Source: Octopus vulgaris (Eukaryota). From it: a DNA stretch of 64,000 nt. A program made the translations under genes and the position numbers. A model generated the notes under the pieces. The model was given only the letters and a program-made list of their open reading frames with translations, was not told the DNA's origin and searched no databases. Shown here one piece after another: positions 53,935-64,000 of this stretch (the stretch's first letter is position 1; each line of letters opens with the position of its first letter). The DNA lies in assembly GCA_951406725.2 (NCBI GenBank), contig OX597823.1, positions 37,572,001 through 37,636,000 of the forward strand, in the 5' to 3' direction.

Positions 53935-54200
53935 GTCAGCAGATGACAATGTTTCTCTAAAAGAAATGGAGAAACTTTCAAAATACAAAGACCTGGAAGT
54001 AAAGGTAACTCAAACGTAGAATCTAAAAACAGAAACAATTCCTATTATAGTAGGCGCATTAGGCATGATAAAAAAATATTCATACAAATACATAATAAAA
54101 ACACCAGGACTTACAAATATATATAACATACAGAAAATTGCACTACTTGTCACTGCACATATCCTATGCTAAACACTTTCAATACAGTAACCATAAGAGC
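53935..54200 (+). mobile_element. 3' end of an RLE-type non-LTR retrotransposon (R4/Dong-like)
   Basis: Manual translation NVSLKEMEKLSKYKDLE...ETIPIIVGALG...IQKIALLVTAHIL (restriction-like endonuclease C-terminus) with stops. Confidence 0.75.
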
Positions 54201-54204
54201 ATCA

Positions 54205-55570
54205 AACCAAACCACTATCTGGTTCACACCCCCTTACTCCCCCGAAGTGACCTTTAATGTAGGTAAATATTTCTTAGCACTTACAGATAGATATTTTCCA
54301 ATCTATCATAGATACAGAAATCTCTTCAATAGACATAACTTAAAAATCAGTTTTAGCTCAACTACTAATTTTAAAAATATTATCGCACACAACACACAAA
54401 AACAACAAAATGAAACCAGCTATTCATGCAGGGACAAAAAATTTGTGCCCACTAAATGGAGCTTGCATGTTCGAGACCATCATTTATGAAGCCACCGTAG
54501 ACTCTACAACCACTAAGGACATAGTTTCGTCAAAGAAATATGTGGGTCTCACAGAAGGTTATTTTAAAGCCAGGTTCAACAATCACACCTCGAACTTCAG
54601 ACACTGGGATAAAAGAAAAACAAAATTATCCAGTCATATATGGTCCTTAAAAGAAAAAGGTGTCAACTACAACATCCATTGGAAGATCTTAGCCAAGTGT
54701 AAGCCTTACACCAACGGCAGTGGAAAATGTGGTCTTTGTGATATGGAAAGATGGCTTATCTGGAAAGGCAGCTTAGACCCTGCTACATGTCTAAATTCAA
54801 GAACTAAACTTTTTGGATCATGTCCACATATGGCTAAATATTTGTTACATTTTTGGTCCCCCCACAAGATCACAGATAGAACCTGCTTTTTATATTGCAT
54901 TTTATCTCTCTCTATATTTTTATATACATTTTTTACATATTTTTTTCTGTATATTACCTTTCAGCCTGCATTTTTCTTGTGCATGTGCGTGCGGGTATGT
55001 ATGTGTACCTGTGTATGGTTGCATATACATGTGGTTGTACATGCACGTGTTTCATGCGAGTTCGAGTAAACATATGCATATGTAGCATGTGCATATTTAG
55101 ATGTGGGTATGAATTGTGCACATATGGGTATGTGTACATGTGTGTGCGTATATGTATATGTGTATGGCTACATATATATGTGCACATATATGCATGTGTG
55201 TAGGTGTGCATGTATGTTTCACATGAATGAGAGTGAGCATATGCATATAGGCACATGTATGTGGGTGTGCATGCACACATGTGTATGTATGTACATGCAT
55301 GCATTCTATGAGGAGTTTACTTTTTTACTTTTACCTCTTTGGATTTTTTCCTTTTGTTTAACAGTCATTCTAATAACTCCTTTGTTTGTCTTAATAATGG
55401 CCATTTATATAGTAATTTCCCTTTGTTTAACGGTCATTTTCATAGCATTTTTTGATTGCTTTGATAACTGACGAGATGCTGGAGCAGATTTCCGCCCCAA
55501 CATCCAAAACTCTGAGTTTTATTATGGGAATCGTACAATTGTCACATATTATATTACAGATAAATTCCTC
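54205..55570 (+). mobile_element. Penelope-like element 3' part (GIY-YIG endonuclease, Naiad-like) with downstream hammerhead
   Basis: IWFTPPYS..V..NVGK.FL...FNRHNLKISFS, then frameshift to CPLNGAC...IIYEATV...YVGLTEGYFKARFNNH..F...LSSHIW.LK...W.IL...CGLC..E...LNSR.....CPH; HHR-like motif at 55462-55524. Confidence 0.9.
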
Positions 55571-55584
55571 TATTTACATAATAG

Positions 55585-55980
55585 TGCAAATAGATGAGGA
55601 CAGCTGTGTGAAAAAGTGTCACACTCTAGCAGTTGAGGGAATCTGTGTAAGAGGTAGACTCAGGAAGACCTGGGATGAGGTGGTGAAGAACGACCTTTGA
55701 ACATTGAGCCTCACAGAGGCAATAACTAGTGACCATGACCTTTGGAAATATGCTGTGCTTGAGAAGACCTGGCAAGCAAAGTGAGACCATAACCCGTGGC
55801 CTATGCCAGCAGTGTAACCAACCTACTTATGCGTTGCTTGCGAAGACCTGTTGGGGCTGTGAAATCACCATCAAAATCAAATTCACTGACGTGGCCAATG
55901 AGCACCGCTTGACTGGCACCTGTGCCAGTGGAGCGTTAAAAGCACATTCCGAGCATGATCGTTACCAGGGCCGCTGACTA
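55585..55980 (+). mobile_element. RTE LINE 3' end and UTR
   Basis: DEDSCVKKC..L.VEG...RGRLRKTWDEVVKNDL. Confidence 0.7.
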
Positions 55981-56304
55981 GAAATAATCATAAATAAAAA
56001 GAAAACTAAATGAAATTAAATATAAAACTAAGGTATACTCACTTGAATCACATTATAAATATCTGAAGTAATGTGATACAATATTTTAAAATAATTTTCA
56101 AAATAAATGAGTATCATCTTGACACTTGCTAATCTTAAATTTAATCTTCAAGAAACAAAGATTTAATGTGTGTTTGTGTATATATATATAATAAATATTA
56201 GGGAATAAATCCAAATTAAATAATCTTATGTATTGGCTTAAGTTTTTCATTGTATGATTTGCCTAATAGTGGTTTTGTCTCTAATTTAATATAATATATA
56301 TATT

Positions 56305-56346
<42 letters not shown>

Positions 56347-57191
56347 AACTTAGAAGTGTGGGTTGGTATTTTAGAGAAAATAAAGTAAATTTCAAATGTG
56401 GGATAGCTGTGAGCTACCTGCTGGCAATTTTTTATTGACTTCTAGGGGTATTTATCCAATTTTCTAGACTGTTTTCACAGTTATTCTGTTTTTGAAATTT
56501 ACTTCATTTTCAGTAATATATATCTATTTATATATTTGTGTGTGTCATTGTTTTAACATCTACTTTTTAAGCCTTAAATGAGTCAGGTGAAAGTTTGTTG
56601 GGGCAGAGCATTTTAAAGCAGGACTCTCTTCTTGACACCAAAACCCAGACATGTTTTTTTTAAAGTGGAAAATTGGAAACAAACAACACTGAATGAACGA
56701 GCCATTTTAATGCTCAATTAAACCAAAAGTTATCATCATCATCATCATCGTCGTTTAACGTCCGTTCTCCCTGCTAGCATGGGTTGGACGGTTCGACCGG
56801 GGTTCTGGGAAGCCAGAAGGCTGCACCAGGCTCCAGTCTAAATTTGGCAATGTTTCTACAGCTGGATGCCCTTCCTAACGCCAACCACTCCGTGAGTGTA
56901 GTGGGTGCTTTTTACGTGCCACCTGCACAGATATGTACAGCAATGTAAATTTGTATTGTATAATGACATTTGATTTACATAAATTAATCATAATCTAAAA
57001 TCTTATCAGCATGTTTTAAATCCCCACCCCCATTCAAGCATTCTTACAAAAGACAAGGTGGAACAGTTTCTCTGAATGAAGTATGAACCAGAACTAGAAT
57101 TCCTATCACATAATGGATTCACCTTACTAGGAGCCTACATCTGCTTGATGTACTTCAAATAGTACTCTAGTCTATATCATCTGTACTTTAA

Positions 57192-57394
57192 CCCTTTAGC
57201 TTTCAGATTACTTTGTCAAACGTTATACTTATATATGCACATTTTATAAAATTAATCCTATGTTATCTCATAGCTTTGAGATTTATTTGTAGCCTGACAT
57301 TGTAGGGTAGGTGTGAGAGGCTGGATCTTGCCAGTTTGAACATTAAACAGAGAGAATATTTGTGTCAGATATGGCTGGTTTAAATGTTAAAGGG
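57192..57394. mobile_element. piggyBac-type MITE (203 bp)
   Basis: TTAA|CCCTTTAGC ... GTTAAAGGG|TTAA: TTAA TSD and CCC/GGG TIR ends. Confidence 0.8.
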
Positions 57395-58212
57395 TTAACA
57401 TTATACCACTATACTTTAAATAATATTCTAGCCTTTCCTCTCTGAACTTCAAGTCATACTCTAGTCCATACTGTACTTACTTCAAATAGTACTCTAGTCT
57501 ATACTGTATGTACATAAAATAGTACTCTAGTCTACAACCACAAACACAATTTTCTATGAACCATATTACTTCAGTTCATGAGTTCTTCTTAAATAATTCC
57601 TTAGCGTGTTTTGTGAATTCTGAAATCTTATTCAATGTTATGATGAAATTCAATATTGTTTACTCTTTTAGTTGTTAGTCCTCATAGTTTGACTATTGTG
57701 TCATAGCTATAAATACTATAGTTGTACTGTGGAGGAGAAAGAGGAACATTAATGTAGCCATGTTAACTCATATTTACAGTAGTTGAAATAAAGCCCTTCT
57801 CAACCATTCTTTCCACCATCACTGCTTCTGTGTGAAAATGAGACAGCAGTGAAAACAGTAGTTAAATGCCAAATGTTCTTGAAAAATGTTTTTTTTAACA
57901 TTTCATGTCTATTTAACCACATCACTATTTGTTCCTTGGCCTTTATAGCTAGAAAATGGGAGACAATTGATGATGGGTTGCTGTAAGGCAAGGCAAATAG
58001 ACTCTGAAATTAACAAAAAGACAAAAAAAAAATGTTGCTATCATAGACATAGGCATGGCTGTGTAGTAAGAAATTTCTTCCCCAACAACATGGTTCCAGG
58101 TCCACTCCCAATGCATGGTACTTTTAGCAAGTGTCTTCTATAGTCTCGAGCCAACTAAGGTCTTCTGAGTGGATTTGGTAGGCAGAAACTAAAAGAAGCC
58201 GGTCATATATTC

Positions 58213-59708
58213 AGTCGTCTCTCTTGCACACCACATCTGATGCTTCTTAGGTCCAACTTTTCTCTCAAGGCGCTTACACTCTGTCATGTATGCACACTGA
58301 CAATACACATCCAGCGGAACATACTGGTTTCATTCCTTGCAAGCTTACGCATGTCCTCAGCATGTAGCATGGCTGTTCGTACACATGCGTCATACAGTCT
58401 ATGTTTTACTCTGAGTAAGAGGCCCTTTGTCACCAGCAGAGGTAGGAGCTCTATGAACATGGCCTAGGCTATTCTTATTCTAGCAGCTACACTTTCAGAG
58501 CATCCACCCCGCTACTGACTTGGTCACCTTGGTAACAGAAGTTTTCAACTACTTCTAGTTTTTCTCCCTGGAATGTGCCAGAAGTTGTTCTCTGCACACC
58601 TCCCATGTTTATTGCTCCTGAACATTTGCCACATACAAAAACTATCTTCCCAGTTAGCCAACCTTTGATAGTGCTGCACCTCTTATGTGTCCATAGCTTG
58701 CACTAGGTACAGTTTATAGAGTTTCTACCTACGCCTTTTCTACAGATCGAGCAGGGTCATCTACCTGAAGGGATTTATGGTTTGTCTGCCTTCCTACTTA
58801 TTAAGACTTTGGTTTTAGCTATGTTGACTCTAAGGCCCTTCGATTCTAATCCTTGCTTCCACACCTGAAACGTTTTCTCTGGTGATAGTGACTCAGCAAT
58901 AAGAGCAAGATCATCAGCATAGAGGAGCTCCCAGGGTCATCCTGTCTTGAATTCCTCTGTTATTGCCTGGAGGACTATGATAAATATGAGGGGGCTGAGG
59001 ACTGAACCTTGGTGGACCCCGACCTCTACCTGGAATTCTTCACTGTACTCATTGCCAACCCTCACCTTACTGACAGTGTCCCTGTACATGGCTTGCACAG
59101 CCCTCACTAACCATTCATCTATCCCAAGTTTCGTCATTGACCATCAGATAAGGGATCAGGGGACCCTGTCAAAGGCTTTCTCCATGTCAATGAAAGCCAG
59201 GTATAGGGGTTTATCTTTGGCTAGGTATTTCTCCTGCAGCTGTCTTACCAGAAATATAGCATCAGTGGTGCTTTTCCCTGGCACAAACCCAAACTGCATC
59301 TCCTCTAGGCTGACCCTCTCCCTAATTAGTTGGGCTACATCCCTCTCTGTGGCTTTCATTACCTGATCCAAAAGCTTGATACCTCTGTAATTATTTGTAT
59401 CCAATGCATCACCTTTACCTTTGTAGCAGTTGACTATGGTGCTGCTACACCAGTCATTGGGTGTGACTCCTTCATGTATCACCTGGTTGACTATATGGGT
59501 GACTAGACTATAGCTGACACTGCCAGATATTTTGAGCATCTCTGTGGTGATTCCTGATGGGCCGGGGACTTTCCCTGTCTTCATACTCTTGATTGCTTTA
59601 TCTACCAAGTCAATTCGGATAGCTGGTCCCTCTGTTGGGTCGACATTCAGCAGACTATCTTTCTCTCATTCATTCTCTTTATTGAGCAACCTTTCATAGT
59701 GGCGTCTC
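58213..59708 (-). mobile_element. RTE-clade LINE fragment (RT pseudogene)
   Basis: ORFs 59608->59156 (NYRGIKLL, QFGFVPGKSTTDAIF, DMEKAFDRVP) and 59137->58937 (GVHQGSVLSPLIF), followed by LLYADDL. Confidence 0.92.
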
Positions 59709-59740
59709 ATATATATACACACACATATATTATCTATCTA

Positions 59741-59778
<38 letters not shown>

Positions 59779-59910
59779 CATATATTATCTATCTATCTAT
59801 ATATATATATATATATACACATACATATATTATCTATCTATCTATCTATATATACACATACATATATTATCTATCTATCTATCTATATATACACATACAT
59901 ATATTATCTA

Positions 59911-59949
<39 letters not shown>

Positions 59950-59982
59950 ATATATTATCTATCTATCTATATATATACACAT
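59709..59982. repeat. Compound (TA/TCTA/CA) microsatellite with a ~40-bp higher-order unit
   Basis: Repeated ACACATACATATATTATCTATCTATCTATATAT. Confidence 0.9.
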
Positions 59983-59984
59983 AG

Positions 59985-61040
59985 ATATCAACATTGTTCA
60001 TGATGTGAAAGTGACACCGACATTAGTCTCAGATCACAACATAATAGAGCTGTCTATGTTTGGGCTGAAAGTAGCGCGAGACATACAGCCTAAAGGAAGC
60101 ACCCGAAATCTCTCCAATCTCTGAATTTCCACAAAGCAGACTGGAAATCGATCCAAAAAGAGATCCTCAGACAGGACTGGCCGAAATGTCTCTCCACACC
60201 AGACATCAGCATGAAATTAACACCAGACATCAGCATGAAATTAGAATATTTTATGTCTGTTGTGCAAGCCATATGGCAGAAATATGTCCCAGAGCATAAG
60301 GCCAAAACAAATAGGAACAAGATTCCAAGGGAGAGAAAGATCCTCACGAGACGACAGATGAAGGTTAAAAATCGCCTCAACCAACATCCCAAAAGTAGCG
60401 AAAGGTCCTGCCTAAAACCAACACTGATGGAGATTGAAAACAGCCTGCAACAATCCTATGTGAGGGAAAGAGCAAACAAAGAAGCCTGGGTTATAAAAAA
60501 CATTAAGTCAAACCCAAAGGCCTTCTTTCATTATGTGAAAGAAACAGCATCAGTACACTGCAAGATAGGACCTCTCTTCCAAAAGGATGGCTCCCTCACA
60601 GACAGTACAACTAAGATCAGTGAGATACTGAATGACCAGTTCAAAAGTGTCTTTACCACCCCGTTGGAGCACAGACAAGTGAACGAACCAGTGGACTTCT
60701 TTGCTGCCTCACCTATAACCAGCAAGGCAGTTACAATGGAATACATCGATATTAGCGAAGATATACTACTAGTCATAGATGAGGTAGACACAAACTCAAC
60801 TGCTGCTCCTGATGGTTCTTCCTCAAATTGTGTAAGCATGCCCTGGCAAAACCCCTCCAGATTCTCTTCCAGAGCTTTCTTGAAAATGGCAGACTGCCAA
60901 GCAAGCTGAAGGAGGGAATAATATAAAGATAAAAGCAGAGCAGATGCCAAAAACTATAGGCCTATCTCTCTAACTTTATACATCACCAAAGTCATGGAAC
61001 GGATAGTTGGAAGGAAACTAATCACATTCCTTGAAGAACT
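59985..61040 (+). mobile_element. CR1/Jockey-group LINE fragment (APE end to RT start)
   Basis: [45 protein letters not shown]. Confidence 0.85.
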
Positions 61041-61644
61041 CCTGAATTTGTTGGTGAGATTGATGCCACGATTGACAACGATCCCTCAAGTCAATCAGAT
61101 CCATCACCAGGGACATAGGAGTGTCTGAGTTTCCTATCAGGCAGGTATTGCATGAAGACATTTGGTAAAAATATCTGTTAAAATGAGATGTCAGTGTTAT
61201 TTTGATTTTTGCATAATTTAGCTGATAATTTATTCACTGCACTGTGTGTGTGTGTGTGTGTGCATGTATTTCTGTCAATGTTTGTTCTCCACCATCATCA
61301 CTTGATAACTGGTGTTGGTGTGCTTACATCTCCATAACTTAGCGCTTTGGCAAAAGAGGCCAATAAAATAAGTACTAGGCTAAAAAATTTAAGTCCTGGG
61401 GTCAATTTCTTTGACAAACTCTTACAGGCAGTATCCCAGCATGGCCACAGTCAAATGACTGAAACAAGATATTATTTGTTCCTTTCTTATGGGCAGAATC
61501 GGCACAGCTGACATATAGTGAACTGGATTACTGGTGTAATGGAAGTTATAGTATGTTTAAAAGTGAAGTGGTGGGGCACAATTTGCATGAAAATGCTTTC
61601 TGTTCTTAAGAAGAATCACAAGCCATGTATTGTTTCATCGTATA

Positions 61645-62300
61645 AAAGGGGGTTAATGTGATTTTGCCCCGAAATCACATTTTCAAAATTTAAATTTCCC
61701 CCCAGTCCCCACTGCAATTTCTTAACTTGTTAATTTTTTTGAATTTTTTTTTTTTTTATCAATGCAGAAAAATACAGAGATTACAAATCTGGGAAATACA
61801 TTTTTTTTATTTTTCAAGTTTAGTTTTTCTTAAAGAAACACTCAATACCTCTTCCCCCCACCTTGCCCACCCATCACCTACCTGCTTTCAAAAAGCTAAA
61901 ACCTCCCAATGTTTCACTTTCGTCTGATGTTTCACAGATGTGTAGAATTGTACTAAAATAGCAGATGCAAAAAATACCAGACCACCACTAGAAAACCTGA
62001 CATGCTAGAAACAACAGGTAAACAACATTATTTCTGAAGAAACTTCCCCGCTTTCCAAAAAGTTAAAAGTGAAACATTGGGAGTTTGTAGCGTTTTGAAA
62101 GTGGTGAGGTGATGGGAAGGATATTTTAGTGTTTCTTTAAGAAAGAAGGAAGTAAATTCGTACACACTGTTTTTTTTTTCCTCCATGGATTACCATGTAA
62201 AAAATTTGGAAAAAAGTTTAAAAAATTAAGAAATTGGGATGGGGAGGGAGAAAATTAAAATATTGAGAATGTGTTTTTTGGGCGATATCCCAATCTCCTG
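61645..62300. mobile_element. Fold-back element / MITE with ~270-bp imperfect inverted arms
   Basis: TTTCTTAAAGAAACACT / AGTGTTTCTTTAAGAAA and CCCATCACC..CTTTCAAAAAGCTA..CTCCCAATGTTTCACTTT / AAAGTGAAACATTGGGAG..TAGCGTTTTGAAAG..GGTGATGGG. Confidence 0.7.
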
Positions 62301-63343
62301 TATTGAAAACATAAGAATCGGAAGAAATTCAGGGGGGAAAAAAATGGGGGGGGGGGGCAAATTTCACCTCAGGCATCCTAGAAACAACAGGTAATGGGCA
62401 GGATTTCTAGAAAAACTTCTTTTTAAGTTTATATCAAAGATCAGGTTTTTAAATATGCTCATCACAAACGCAAATTACAGAATAGAAAAAGGTCATCTCA
62501 GTTGGATTTGAGCTGTAATTTTGCACGTGCACACATCAAGAAATAACTCAATTCGTACAGAAGTTTTACCTAGAGAGTGTGTGAGTGTGTGTATGTGTAC
62601 GCGCACACGCTAAAAGAAGTTATTTTATGGTATTCTTTTGTTTGAAGCAGCAAAGTTGTCAACTCGATAATATGGGATCATATGATTGTTTGTTAATATC
62701 TGTAAATTATTTTAATTTCTTTATGCTTTGAAGAGAGCAGAAATGAAAAAAGAGGAGGTGAAAAAGGCAACATTTACTTTGAAGTGAGAGGAGAAAGTGA
62801 AAGATATACATGTATATCAAATGTGTGTGTGTGAGCGAGTGAGTGAGTGAAGGTGTGTGCTGTCATGCATGTATTTTTTGCATGTTATTTGTAAGTGGCA
62901 CTCAAGCGCTCTCTCTCTCTCTCTCTCTGACACACACACATTATCTTTCATATACACATACATATGCATTCATCTTTTACGTATGTACGTGTGCATGACT
63001 ATATTTCTTCATAACATGTAGAGAAATGGATGTCGTTCAATGAATTCGGAGAAACATCACTTCCATTATCAACACATCATCAATCTCGTAATGTGACACT
63101 TAGTAATTTTGGTTCAAATTGAAAGTGTGAAACTATTTTCACTTTCTAATGAAACCTGGTCGTTGTAAAGCTGTGTCTTTCAAATAGCTATAGCTAGTTG
63201 TTGAGATAATGTAGAAGATATGTAAATGAAAATGAAGTTTATTTGGTAGCCAAAAGATGACTGAATCTTTTGATACCCCATACGTCAAAATCAGCAACTC
63301 AGTTTTCGAATGCATAAGGAACATATGCGCGCACACACACAAA

Positions 63344-63375
<32 letters not shown>

Positions 63376-64000
63376 GATAAATAAAGGAGCTTTGTTGGTT
63401 GATCAGCAAGAATTAGCAGCCAAACTATTTTAAAATTAAACTACCATCTTAAAAAAGGAAAGATATATTACATAATATAGCCCTAATTACATTGCCTTGG
63501 TAGGGAGGAATTTGGGACAGCTGCAATTTCATTAACTTTCATCATGGGCCTTCAGAATCATTAGGGCTGGTCTTGGGCTAAACTACAACATTGTATGCTA
63601 CTCTATAATAGAGAGAAAATATCTATAGGATTTAGCCGAAACTGTATGTAATATAGATATATTTAACAACTCAACAACTCTCTCTCTCGATATATATATG
63701 AATGAGGAAGACTTGAAGGTATGTGGCAACAAAGAAAGAATCTTTCCAGTATTTGAATTGAGAATAGCAACACTTGGTTGATGTGTAAAAAGTTAGTTAT
63801 CCACAGCAGTTGTTAGCAATACAGCTGGCATTATTGACTGTTGAAATGTTCAAAGTCATTTCAGATCATAAACAGAAACACATAAACTGAAAAAGGAGAA
63901 AAAAATGTGGAGCCAGATGGTAATGGAATGTATATCTTCTGGTTAACCTCAAGTGAATTACTTACATGCTACCAACACACACACACACACACACACTGCT

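Noticed and set aside
54166-55460. Selenocysteine-encoding Naiad PLE with SECIS
   Set aside because: No in-frame TGA at conserved Cys positions and no recognisable SECIS seen by eye; the ORF break is a frameshift

Overview
AT-rich, repeat-dominated animal genomic DNA. The tRNA-derived SINE families and microsatellite load suggest an octopus or other coleoid cephalopod (inference). Only two host genes are evident, both on the minus strand: the probable first coding exon of an unidentified gene at the left edge (475->181, GTAAGA donor) and an intact single-coding-exon DCN1-like protein 3 (DCUN1D3) at 53638->52721. Most of the rest is decayed mobile DNA: mariner/Tc1/maT transposons and MITEs, non-autonomous Helitrons, RTE, CR1-type and RLE LINE pieces, Penelope-like elements (PLE), an LTR with PBS, many SINEs, and a ~9 kb interrupted 20-bp minisatellite with an internal inversion. 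The most striking unannotated signal is a set of hammerhead-ribozyme (HHR) motifs in unrelated short elements. The best is a near-complete type-I hammerhead (34809->34730) inside a 437-bp non-coding unit with a 30-bp terminal redundancy, i.e. a retrozyme-like or circular-RNA-derived retroelement candidate. Coordinates of decayed repeats are approximate (read by eye).
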